Source: a bacterium
GTDB taxonomy: Bacteria > Patescibacteriota > 4484-211 > GCA-002791395
Assembly: GCA_027002475.1 (NCBI GenBank)
Contig: JALWZS010000001.1
Span: forward strand, 1-31,651
Direction: 5' to 3'
DNA: 31,651 bases
Shown here in pieces: positions 18,180 through 26,594 of the stretch (position 1 is its first letter; every line of letters begins with the position of its first letter). Position numbers and translations under genes: made by a program. The notes under the pieces were generated by a model that searched no databases, had not been told where the DNA came from, and saw only the letters and a program-made list of their open reading frames with translations.

Positions 18180-19109
18180 ATGTGGCTTGTAGTCATTGTA
18201 ACTCTAGTCCTCCTTGTGGGAGGACTTTTGGGTAGCGCATGGTTTCTTTTGCGTTACCTGATTTACGGGGAGTGGAGAGGAGGCCGCTGGTCTCCCAAAG
18301 ACTTTGGGCTCGATGGGGAATGGATTGAGTTCAAGTCTTTGGATGGTAGCATAATCCACTCCTATCGGGTCTCTCCTGATGAGCCCACTGCCTGGGTTGT
18401 GATAGCCCACGGTTTTAACCCCACCGGCGGCTTTGTGGGTGCGGCTGAATTTTGGCCGTATGCCAAAAAGTTCGTTGGTGCCGGGTACGGGGTTCTGGTC
18501 TTAGACCTACCCGGCTTTGGGCTATCTCCTCGGCGCGCTCGAGGATACCGTCTTGGTTTCCTCGAGTGGTGGGACGCAGTTGCTGCGTATGAGTTCTTGC
18601 GATTTGAGCTTAAGATCGACTTGCCGGTTGGTCTTTTTGCTAAATCGGCTGGAACTCCAGCAGCTATCATTGCCGCTGCCCAAGGATGTGCTGACTTTGT
18701 AGTGTTAGAGTCAGCAATTGCATCCTTTCGGTCGCTCATGGTTGCGCAGTTGCAGTACCATGGGCTACCGCGGATGCTCGCGCTCCCGTTGGCAGCAGTG
18801 TTGGATCTTGTTTGGCGATATGGGTTTAATCACAGCGGGGTGATTGACCCAATAGATGTCGCCCGCGGGATTGGCGTTCCAATCCTCTTCCTTCGGGGTG
18901 GTCAAGATCCTGAGGTCCTGGAAGAGGACACGGTTTTCCTTGCTGAGGAAATTGGGCGCTTGGCAACTGTGAGGTACTTTGCAGCTGCTGGGCACAACAT
19001 CCTCAGACTCAATGGGGAGCCGGCGCACCTCATTAATAAGGAGGAGGCGAAAAAGGCATGGGCGGATACCTTTGCCTTTTTAAGAAACGTAACAACTGGG
19101 AGGCGGTAG
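18180..19109 (+). CDS. Alpha/beta-fold hydrolase, a high-GC paralogue of 17182..18075
   Basis: VVIAHGFNPTGG and AKSAGTPAA are homologous to the neighbouring gene, but GC is about 53-60% and the sequence is rich in Arg, Ala, Gly and Trp. It has a perfect SD (AAGGAGGTGAGAAATG) and a GGGTATAAT -10-like element upstream. Confidence 0.8.
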   Translation: MWLVVIVTLVLLVGGLLGSAWFLLRYLIYGEWRGGRWSPKDFGLDGEWIEFKSLDGSIIHSYRVSPDEPTAWVVIAHGFNPTGGFVGAAEFWPYAKKFVGAGYGVLVLDLPGFGLSPRRARGYRLGFLEWWDAVAAYEFLRFELKIDLPVGLFAKSAGTPAAIIAAAQGCADFVVLESAIASFRSLMVAQLQYHGLPRMLALPLAAVLDLVWRYGFNHSGVIDPIDVARGIGVPILFLRGGQDPEVLEEDTVFLAEEIGRLATVRYFAAAGHNILRLNGEPAHLINKEEAKKAWADTFAFLRNVTTGRR

Positions 19110-19121
19110 CTGCCGCCTCCC
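19098..19121. terminator. GC-rich hairpin shared by convergent genes
   Basis: GGGAGGCGG-tagctg-CCGCCTCCC. It contains the stop codons of both the +strand hydrolase and the -strand rlmD-like gene. Confidence 0.45.
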
Positions 19122-20452
19122 TAGCAAATTCTAGGGATTTCTCTGTTCTTTTTTGTTAGTAAAGTTACTAGTTCTACATGAGGAGTATGTGGAAACATAT
19201 CAATGCCTCGCATCTTTTTTACTTCGTATATTTTCTGTAATGTCTGCATATCACGACTAAAGTTTTTAAAGTTGCAGGAGACATATATAAGGTTATCGGG
19301 TTGAAGAGTTACGAGTTGTGAGAGTGCAGTTTTACGAAGACCTGAGCGAGGTGGGTCAAGAATTACTAAATTTGGATTTAACTCACTCCAATCATAATCT
19401 TCGCTTGGCATAGCAATAAAAGTTGCATTTGTGTTGTTGAGTTTATTGTTTTCTTTCGCATCTTCAATTGCATCTTTAACGATTTCTACTCCAATTGTGT
19501 TGGCGTTAAACTTATCGGCAAGCGGAATGGTGAAAAAGCCGCTGCCGGAATATAGATCGAGGATGGTGATGGGGGTAGTGGGTTGGAGAGTTGTAGTGTT
19601 GGAGTGTTGGGGACTTGGAGAGTTGGAAAGTTGGAGTGTTTCGGGGAGATCGTTTCGTTGATTCTCGCCTCGCGATGACGTGGCTGTATCGGATGGATTT
19701 GTGGATTTGTCATTGCGAGCGAAGCGTGGCAATCTTATTGCCGTTTCGGCGAATTCTAAAACGGTATCCATTAAAAGTTTTGCCGCGTGAGAGTTAGTTT
19801 GAAAAAAAGCGTTGGGCGTTATTTTATATTTGTAACCGTTTATCTCCTCAATAATATAACCCTTTCCCAAGATTATATGAACTTCTCCGCCATGAGAAAC
19901 GTCAGATGTGGTTTTGTTGATTGAGTGGATCAGGGTTGCGAGTATAGAGTTACGGGTTACGAGTTTAGATAAGTTGGATAATGCTTTTGTCAGTTGCTCG
20001 TTTTCGCTATCGTCTTTTGGTTGACTTGTTACGATTGTAATCATTGATTCGCCGGTAGTTGTTGTTCTAATTACTGCGTAGCGAAGCAAGCCATGGTGAT
20101 ATTTTCTATCAAAAAAAGTTAGTCCTGCGTTTTGTGCCCAATCTCTTACGATATGAAAAAGCTCTTCTATTTTTTCATCAGAGATAAAACATGTGTGATT
20201 ATCAATAACTCGCCACCATTTTCCTTTTTGCCGCAATCCTACGCGTCCTTCAAAATCAATAACAAAGTCCATACGGTTTCGGTAGTGACTAGTCTTAGGA
20301 GAGGGGAGTATTTCTTTTAGTTGTAGGTCAAGTTTATGCAATTTAAAGCTAAAGTTTATTTCATTGACCTTCTGCTGGAGTTGCTTTTCGTATGGAATAT
20401 GAGACCAGCTACAAGAGCCGCATACTTCTTTGTTTGGACATAAACTTTGCAT
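19121..20452 (-). CDS. rlmD: RumA/RlmD-family RNA (uracil-5-)-methyltransferase with an internal low-complexity insertion
   Basis: N-terminal Cys cluster CPNKEVCGSCSW, SAM motif ILDLYSGSGFF, and VILDPPRSGL and YVSCNF catalytic motifs. About 60 aa of repeat-derived sequence sit between the central and methyltransferase domains. Confidence 0.75.
   Translation of the reverse strand: MQSLCPNKEVCGSCSWSHIPYEKQLQQKVNEINFSFKLHKLDLQLKEILPSPKTSHYRNRMDFVIDFEGRVGLRQKGKWWRVIDNHTCFISDEKIEELFHIVRDWAQNAGLTFFDRKYHHGLLRYAVIRTTTTGESMITIVTSQPKDDSENEQLTKALSNLSKLVTRNSILATLIHSINKTTSDVSHGGEVHIILGKGYIIEEINGYKYKITPNAFFQTNSHAAKLLMDTVLEFAETAIRLPRFARNDKSTNPSDTATSSRGENQRNDLPETLQLSNSPSPQHSNTTTLQPTTPITILDLYSGSGFFTIPLADKFNANTIGVEIVKDAIEDAKENNKLNNTNATFIAMPSEDYDWSELNPNLVILDPPRSGLRKTALSQLVTLQPDNLIYVSCNFKNFSRDMQTLQKIYEVKKMRGIDMFPHTPHVELVTLLTKKNREIPRIC
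19560..19745. repeat. Intragenic GC-rich repeat insertion in the rlmD-like gene
   Basis: Tandem GTTGGAG-type low-complexity tract (19581-19640) plus the element GTCATTGCGAGCGAAGCGTGGCAATC (19709-19734). The same motif recurs in truB. Confidence 0.6.
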
Positions 20453-20500
20453 AAGCGTTAGGATAACATAAAACTATGCAGTGCCGTATAATCTTTAAGC

Positions 20501-21151
20501 GTGAGATATAAATATCTTCTTATTGATTGGGACGGGTGCGTAATAGATTCTTTGAATTTGTGGCGTAAGGAGATAAAAAAGCATCTAGCGGTTTTAGGAG
20601 TTGAAGCTTCTAATAAAGAGGTTGTCTCTAAAGCAATGGGAAAACGCGAGGCTGCTTTGAACTTTGGCTTAGATGTGGATTATAAAAGCTTTTGGGGACC
20701 AATAAGGAAAATTGTAGAAAGAGAGATTGCTAATGTCCCGTATTTACCTGAAGTTGAAGATACACTTAAAAAACTTTATGAAAACGGACACAAAATGGGC
20801 GTTATTACATCGAGTGCAAGAGGGGTTTTTAATGTGGGTTTTAAAGGAAGATCGGTAGCTAAGTACTTTGATGCAACTGTTACTGCTTCGGATGTTAAGA
20901 ATTTAAAGCCGGATCCTGAGGCAGTTAACTTATTGATGTCAAAATTGGGCGCTAGTCGAGATGAAAGTCTCATTATTGGAGATTCGCCACATGATATTGG
21001 GGCAGGTAAAAATGCTAATGTTGATACTTGTCTTTTTTATCCCAAACAAAATCATTCTTTTTATAAATATGAAGATTTGCTTGCAACCGAGCCAACATTT
21101 TTAATTGAACAATTTTCAGACTTGCTTGATGTAGTTGGGGGTGGAGTATAA
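20501..21151 (+). CDS. HAD-superfamily hydrolase (phosphatase-like)
   Basis: Motif I LIDWDG, motif IV GDSPHDIGAG and the motif III Lys. GTG start. Confidence 0.7.
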   Translation: MRYKYLLIDWDGCVIDSLNLWRKEIKKHLAVLGVEASNKEVVSKAMGKREAALNFGLDVDYKSFWGPIRKIVEREIANVPYLPEVEDTLKKLYENGHKMGVITSSARGVFNVGFKGRSVAKYFDATVTASDVKNLKPDPEAVNLLMSKLGASRDESLIIGDSPHDIGAGKNANVDTCLFYPKQNHSFYKYEDLLATEPTFLIEQFSDLLDVVGGGV

Positions 21152-21161
21152 TCAAAAAGAT

Positions 21162-22166
21162 ATGCTATATAGGACGCTTGGCAAAACAGGGCTTAAAGTA
21201 GCAGAGGTCGGTATGGGGACTTGGCAACTAGCCGGAGATGGTGGTATGTGGACGAAACCTGACGAGTCTGAAAGTCTAAGAACTTTACGTAAATACATTG
21301 AGCTTGGTGGGAATTTTTTGGATACAGCTTGGATTTATGGATATGATAGCAAAACAGGTAGGCATGCCTCCGAAGAACTAATTGGCAAGTTTTTAAAAGA
21401 GTTTGGTGTAAGAGACAAGGTAATCATTGCTAGCAAAATTGCGCCTAAGAATATGCACTGGCCAGCCAGACCCGGAATTCCAATCGATGAGGTTTTTCCT
21501 AATGATTGGATAAGGTCTTCTGTTGAAGATTCACTAAGAAGTCTACAAGTAGACTTTATTGATTTAATGCAGTTTCATGTGTGGCAGGATGATTTTGCTA
21601 ATCGTGATGAGTGGAAAGAGGAGATTAAACGTTTAACCAATGAAGGAAAAGTGAAACACTGGGGTGTGTCAATCAACGATTACCAGCCTGAAAATGTGCT
21701 AAATACTCTTGAGACGGGTGTAATTGAAACAGTGCAGTTTATTTTTAATATTTTTCACCAAAAACCTGAAGAAAAGCTATTGCCTTATGCTAAGGAGCAC
21801 AACATTGGATTGATTGCTCGCGTACCACTAGATGAAGGTGGCCTTTCAGGAAAGTTCACACTTGATACGGTTTTTCCTGAAGGAGATTTTCGGAGTTGGT
21901 ACTTTGGTGGGGATAACTTGAAAGAACTCGTAAAAAGAACTAACAAGCTAAAAAAGATTATGGATGGTGAAGCCAAAACTTTAGTTGAGTTAGCACTTCG
22001 GTGGATTTTAACGCATGAAGAAGTATCAACTGTGATTCCAGGAATGAGAAAAGTTGAATATGCAGAGCAAAACACTGCCATTTCTGATGGGCGTAAACTC
22101 TCTGACGCTTTAATGAAAGAGCTAAAAAAGCACTCTTGGGAACGCAATTTTTATAAAGTGTTTTAA
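21162..22166 (+). CDS. Aldo/keto reductase
   Basis: MLYRTLGKTGLKVAEVGMGTW N-terminus. ATG at 21162 is preferred over the in-frame TTG at 21135, which overlaps the HAD gene. Confidence 0.75.
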   Translation: MLYRTLGKTGLKVAEVGMGTWQLAGDGGMWTKPDESESLRTLRKYIELGGNFLDTAWIYGYDSKTGRHASEELIGKFLKEFGVRDKVIIASKIAPKNMHWPARPGIPIDEVFPNDWIRSSVEDSLRSLQVDFIDLMQFHVWQDDFANRDEWKEEIKRLTNEGKVKHWGVSINDYQPENVLNTLETGVIETVQFIFNIFHQKPEEKLLPYAKEHNIGLIARVPLDEGGLSGKFTLDTVFPEGDFRSWYFGGDNLKELVKRTNKLKKIMDGEAKTLVELALRWILTHEEVSTVIPGMRKVEYAEQNTAISDGRKLSDALMKELKKHSWERNFYKVF

Positions 22167-22248
22167 AACTGTGAGATCTTTGTTGACTCCTTGATATGAC
22201 TATTCTTGTAAGATTGTGCTCCTATCTGTTGGTGTAAAATAAATAACG

Positions 22249-22992
22249 ATGCCTAAGACGATACTTATTACTGGGTCAAGTCGGGGAATTGGTGGAGCTA
22301 CTGCACGGCTAGCTCACAAGCGTGGCTATCAGGTAATTGTTCATGGCAAAACAGATTCTGACGAACTAAACAATATTCATAATGAACTTTCTGGTTCAAT
22401 AAAAACGTTTTTTGATGTTCGAGATAAAAAGGAGGTTGAGAGCGCTATAAATAAGGTTTTGCAGCAGGTTGGCAACATTGAGATCTTAGTTAATAACGCT
22501 GGTATCGCTCGTAATTTTGTTAAGAATATAAATGAGGTTAGTGATGAAAATGCAATTGAGGAATGGGAAGTAAACGTTTTAGGAATAATTCATTGCGTTC
22601 AAGCTGTTGTGCCCAACATGCTTGAACAAGGACACGGTAGTATTGTCAACATTGCATCAATTAAGGGTTACCCAGAGATGGCTACGATGAGTACATTTAC
22701 TTACTCGGCAACTAAATCTGCTGTTATGTCTATTACAAAAAGCTTGGCAAAAGAGTATTCTCCAAAGGGGGTTCGAGTGAATGCAGTCGCTCCCGGATAT
22801 ACCGAGACTGAAGTTGTAAAGAGTTGGGATCCTAAAGCAAGAGAGCGTGTAGATAATGGGATTTTATTAAATCGATTGGCGTCTCCTACCGAAATTGCAA
22901 AGTCAGTTATGTTTTTAGCCTCAGATGATGCCAGTTATATTACTGGCACAGTTTTGCTGGCCGATGGTGGGTATATGCTTAAAGGTAAGTAA
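22249..22992 (+). CDS. Short-chain dehydrogenase/reductase (SDR, FabG-like)
   Basis: TGSSRGIG Rossmann motif, NNAG and YSATK catalytic motifs. Confidence 0.85.
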   Translation: MPKTILITGSSRGIGGATARLAHKRGYQVIVHGKTDSDELNNIHNELSGSIKTFFDVRDKKEVESAINKVLQQVGNIEILVNNAGIARNFVKNINEVSDENAIEEWEVNVLGIIHCVQAVVPNMLEQGHGSIVNIASIKGYPEMATMSTFTYSATKSAVMSITKSLAKEYSPKGVRVNAVAPGYTETEVVKSWDPKARERVDNGILLNRLASPTEIAKSVMFLASDDASYITGTVLLADGGYMLKGK

Positions 22993-23862
22993 TTACTTTT
23001 CTCCTGTTGTAAGGTTATAGTGGAAAAGGTCGGGGTGTTTTAATGCCCATCCAATTAATTCTGCCACAACTGTAGTATGTCTAAACTTTTTTTGAAGGTT
23101 AAATGTTTTAACAAGGGGATATATAGAACTAGCCAGTTTATAAATTCGTTCAAATGATGGGCGAACATAGTCGTCTAGTTCTTCATGTGTAACGTTTCTA
23201 AATCCTGCTTCTTGCATAATGGTTGGCAAGGTCCCATGCCGTAATTCAGGTAGTGCGAATAAGGACGATAGTTCGACCACTCGCTTTAATGATTCCTGGA
23301 AGTTTGAGTATTCTTCTTCGGATAATGTCGACTTAATTTGTTCGTCAGGGGCAATTGAGTAATCAAATACTGCAATTTTGCCATTTGGTTTAAGTAGCCG
23401 GTGCATTTCATAAACGGTTTGATAAAGCATATATGAATGTTGGATACTCTCCATCATATAAATCTTATCGAAGTGGTTATCGTCAAAGCTTGTATGCGTA
23501 AAATCTTCGATTAGAAACTGTGTCTTGTCTTCAACATTTAGTTTTTGAGCAAGGGCTTCCGCCTTTTCTTGCTCTTGTGGGACAATAGTTATGCCAACAA
23601 CATAACATCCTACTTGTTTAGCGATTCTGCATGCCATCGTTCCTTGACCGCATCCAGCTTCTAATACCATGTCGCCTTCTTTTAATGAAAGCGTTTTGAT
23701 TGCGAGCTGTTCCATTTCTAAAACGGCTTCTCGTTCGGAAATATCTGCTCGCTGATTAGGATAATAGCCAAAGTGCCGAGTTCCTCCAGTGAGTTTGTTG
23801 TAACCAAGAATGGACTCAATGTTGGAGTACTGTGAAACTATCTGTTTAACTTTATCGTTCAC
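22993..23862 (-). CDS. Class I SAM-dependent methyltransferase
   Basis: Motif I VLEAGCGQG and motif post-II KPNGKIAV. The substrate is unknown. Confidence 0.7.
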   Translation of the reverse strand: MNDKVKQIVSQYSNIESILGYNKLTGGTRHFGYYPNQRADISEREAVLEMEQLAIKTLSLKEGDMVLEAGCGQGTMACRIAKQVGCYVVGITIVPQEQEKAEALAQKLNVEDKTQFLIEDFTHTSFDDNHFDKIYMMESIQHSYMLYQTVYEMHRLLKPNGKIAVFDYSIAPDEQIKSTLSEEEYSNFQESLKRVVELSSLFALPELRHGTLPTIMQEAGFRNVTHEELDDYVRPSFERIYKLASSIYPLVKTFNLQKKFRHTTVVAELIGWALKHPDLFHYNLTTGEK

Positions 23863-24035
23863 AACAACTTTATTATATGCTATTTTAGTCCTAGATGTGG
23901 TTAATTGATGTTTTGCTAAACCCTGTTGTTGTAGTTGGTGTAATTATCTTAATTGTAAACACTAAACTAAGAGCTAAGCTCATAGAGAAAGTAAGGCTTG
24001 TTCTGTCAGGAGCCACAGATGTTACAATAAAAGGG

Positions 24036-24866
24036 ATGAACAGTTTTGGATTAAAACTTATTGCGGCAGTGATTGTATTAGTTGTGATCGGAGCGATTGC
24101 CCTTCGGTTCTTAGTTGTAATTCCGGCTGGGTTTACAGGGGTATATGTTTTGTTTGGGAAAGTTTCACCTAATGAGTTGCACTCAGGGATAAATTTTGTA
24201 AATCCCTTGGGAAAGGTCATAAAAATGAGTACTCGGACAGAGCAATATACGATGAGCATTGCAAATGCCGAGGGACAACGTTTAGGGGACGATAGCATTT
24301 CTGCACTAACTAACGAGGGGCTTAATGTGAAACTCGATATTACTGTTCTTTATCACTTGGATGAAGACAAGGCTGATGAGATATATAAAAATGTTGGGCT
24401 TAACTTTGTAGAGAAGGTGATTCGCCCTTCAATCCGTTCGATTATTCGCGAAGAAGTAGCAAAGTATTCTGCTAAAGAGATATATTCAGACAAAAGAGAG
24501 GAGCTAAGTATCCGTATTATGGAAAAGCTTGAAGCAGACTTAAAAAATAGAGGCATTGTTGTAGAAGACGTTTTGCTTAGGAATGTACAACTTCCGGCTC
24601 AACTTACAAAAAGCATTCAAGATAAATTAACGGCAGAGCAGGAAGCACAAAAGTATGACTTCGTTTTAGATAAGGAGAGAAAAGAGGCTGAAAGAAAACG
24701 AATTGAGGCCAAAGGGCAACGTGATTCTCAACAGATAATTAATGAGAGTTTGACCGATAGATATCTTGAGTACTTATACATCCAGTCGCTAAAAGATAGG
24801 GAAGGTACGATTTATGTGCCTACAAATCCTGATAACGGTCTGCCAATGTTTAAAAACATTCCGTAA
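24036..24866 (+). CDS. SPFH/Band 7 (prohibitin/HflC-like) membrane protein
   Basis: One N-terminal TM, then an SPFH core and a coiled-coil region (EAQKYDFVLDKERKEAERKRIEAKG). The ATG at 24036 has an AAAAGGGA RBS. The longer ORF starting at 23895 is an alternative. Confidence 0.65.
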   Translation: MNSFGLKLIAAVIVLVVIGAIALRFLVVIPAGFTGVYVLFGKVSPNELHSGINFVNPLGKVIKMSTRTEQYTMSIANAEGQRLGDDSISALTNEGLNVKLDITVLYHLDEDKADEIYKNVGLNFVEKVIRPSIRSIIREEVAKYSAKEIYSDKREELSIRIMEKLEADLKNRGIVVEDVLLRNVQLPAQLTKSIQDKLTAEQEAQKYDFVLDKERKEAERKRIEAKGQRDSQQIINESLTDRYLEYLYIQSLKDREGTIYVPTNPDNGLPMFKNIP

Positions 24867-24878
24867 GGTTGTTGCTAA

Positions 24879-25730
24879 ATGATTACTGCGCTTTATAAAC
24901 CCTTGGGAATTTCTACGCATTCCTTTGTAAAAAAGTACGGAGATTTATTGGGTCAAAAAGTTACGCATACAGGTTCACTAGATCCCATGGCTGAAGGGAT
25001 TGTAGTAGTGCTTACTGGAGATGACAGGTTTAAAAAGGAATTACTTAGCGATGTTGAGAAAGAGTATGAGTTCGAAATTTTATTAGGCTTCAAAACTGAT
25101 TCATGGGATTTGTTGGGATTAGTTGAAGGGGTTGAGCGTTTAAGAGTTAGAGAGTTGAAGAGTAGGCGAGTTAGAGAGTTGGAGGGTGTGTTGCCTGAGT
25201 TTGTGGGAACGTATGAGCAGGTAATTCCAAAGTTTTCTGCAAAAAGAATAAATGGGGAAAGCTATTTTGATAAAGCTAAAAGAGGGGAGATCTGGGAGCA
25301 AGGGGTGCAAAGTGTTAGTGTCAAAGAGTTGCAAGTTTTAGAGAGTTGGCAGGTTGGCATGTACAGCTTGCAGGAAGAAATTCTTTCTAGGATTAGTAAG
25401 GTCAGAGGAGACTTTAGACAAGAAGAGATTATAAAGAGATGGGGTGACGTCATTGCGAGGAGCAAAGCGACGTGGCAATCTAGCGAAGATGGGAATAATG
25501 TGGATTGCCACGAGAGTTCCGCGCACATCTCTGCCAATGACGTTTGTGTAATTGTGAAACTGCGAGCTGTTACTTCAAAACGATTTTATATTCGGGGATT
25601 GGTACGTGATATTTCTAACAAAACTAATCTTCCGATGACGACTTTTTCTATAAAGCGGATAAGACATGGTGATTACTCAATTGATAATTTAAGTGCAAGT
25701 ACTAATGACAACTTGGGTAAAGAATTGTAA
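24879..25730 (+). CDS. truB: tRNA pseudouridine(55) synthase TruB with a repeat-derived internal insertion
   Basis: HTGSLDPMAEGIVVV contains the catalytic Asp. The insertion includes VIARSKATWQSSEDG... Confidence 0.75.
   Translation: MITALYKPLGISTHSFVKKYGDLLGQKVTHTGSLDPMAEGIVVVLTGDDRFKKELLSDVEKEYEFEILLGFKTDSWDLLGLVEGVERLRVRELKSRRVRELEGVLPEFVGTYEQVIPKFSAKRINGESYFDKAKRGEIWEQGVQSVSVKELQVLESWQVGMYSLQEEILSRISKVRGDFRQEEIIKRWGDVIARSKATWQSSEDGNNVDCHESSAHISANDVCVIVKLRAVTSKRFYIRGLVRDISNKTNLPMTTFSIKRIRHGDYSIDNLSASTNDNLGKEL
25449..25541. repeat. Imperfect palindromic element inside truB
   Basis: Left arm GTCATTGCGAGGAGCAAAGCGACGTGGCAATC and right arm GATTGCCACGAGAGTTCCGCGCACATCTCTGCCAATGAC are inverted at their ends. 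The tandem GAGTTAGAGAGTTG(A/G)AG copies at 25144-25186 belong to the same gene. Confidence 0.6.
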
Positions 25731-25739
25731 AATAGAAAC

Positions 25740-26036
25740 GTGACTCTTGAAGAAATAAAGAAAGCTTTAGGTCCTGATACGAAATGGGATGCGTTTGAGT
25801 CATCCATAAGTAGGAATTTCAAGTTTGAAAACAAAAACGAAGCGCACGAGTTTATGGCACGGGTGGGTGAAGTTTCAGAACGATACCATAATAAGTCTGA
25901 TTTATTTGTACAAAGCTACAATAATATTAAAGTGTTACTTACAACTGAGGCGATAAGTGACGTAACTATGCAGGATATCGAGATATCAAGGCGAATTGAC
26001 GAGATTTATGACGATATAGTTTCGAAAAGGGGGTGA
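25740..26036 (+). CDS. Pterin-4a-carbinolamine dehydratase (PCD/DCoH-like)
   Basis: FENKNEAHEFMARVGEVSERYHNKSD and LLTTEAISDVTMQD fit the PCD family. GTG start. Confidence 0.65.
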   Translation: MTLEEIKKALGPDTKWDAFESSISRNFKFENKNEAHEFMARVGEVSERYHNKSDLFVQSYNNIKVLLTTEAISDVTMQDIEISRRIDEIYDDIVSKRG

Positions 26037-26042
26037 TAAAAA

Positions 26043-26462
26043 GTGGAAGAAGAAAAGACTTTAAACGAAGAGGCAAAGGAGGCTCAGCCACAACAAGAGC
26101 AAACCGCAGAGCAGGCTAGCGGAACTGCTACGCCAGCGGCTACACCAAATGCAAAGACCGGTAAGAACACAGGTATGGCAATAGTTGCGTACTTTTTGTT
26201 CTTTGTACCGATGCTAACAGGTGATTTGAAGGATCCATTTGTAAAGTTCCATACTAACCAGGCATTGGTGCTATTCATAGTTGATGTTGTTGCATGGATT
26301 CTAGGGATAATATTTAGTGCTGTTACGTTAGGCCTAGGAGCACTTTTGATGCCACTTATTTGGTTATTCATATTTGTTCTTTGGGTTATGGGTATTATCA
26401 ATGCGGCTAAGGGTGATATGAAACCATTACCGCTTATTGGAGGAATTACTATCCTAAAGTAA
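26043..26462 (+). CDS. DUF4870-like small membrane protein
   Basis: A disordered N-terminus, then DPFVKFHTNQALVLFI and TM helices. GTG start preceded by GGGGGTGA. Confidence 0.6.
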   Translation: MEEEKTLNEEAKEAQPQQEQTAEQASGTATPAATPNAKTGKNTGMAIVAYFLFFVPMLTGDLKDPFVKFHTNQALVLFIVDVVAWILGIIFSAVTLGLGALLMPLIWLFIFVLWVMGIINAAKGDMKPLPLIGGITILK

Positions 26463-26477
26463 GAACAGCAACTGACT

Positions 26478-26535
26478 AAGAGCGGGGATCGTGAGTCTAT
26501 ACTGTTGTATAGATAGGGTGAACCGCTCTTTTCTT
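26478..26535 (+). terminator. Compound hairpin with a T-tract downstream of the DUF4870 gene
   Basis: Outer stem AAGAGCGG/CCGCTCTT encloses an inner hairpin CTATAC-TGTT-GTATAG and is followed by TTCTT. Confidence 0.4.
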
Positions 26536-26540
26536 ATGGA

Positions 26541-26571
26541 TAAAAGAAAAGGGGCACCCGGTTAGACCGGG
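26541..26571 (-). terminator. Rho-independent terminator for the high-GC SPFH gene
   Basis: 6-bp GC stem CCCGGT/ACCGGG with a 3-nt loop. On the minus strand it is followed by TTTTCTTTT, 24 nt past the stop codon. Confidence 0.6.
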
Positions 26572-26594
26572 CACCCCACGCAACAGTAGGAGAC

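Noticed and set aside
19431-19797. Small ORFs translating to TLQLSNS..., VMGVVGW... and CHCERSVAI..., and ORFs 25140..25537 on the minus strand
   Set aside because: These are alternative-frame readings of the repeat insertions inside the rlmD-like and truB genes, not independent genes.
23895-24035. N-terminal extension of the SPFH gene (start at 23895), adding a second hydrophobic segment
   Set aside because: It lacks an RBS and lies only 33 bp from the divergent methyltransferase start, whereas ATG 24036 has an AAAAGGGA RBS and gives the usual single-TM SPFH topology. This is not firmly excluded.
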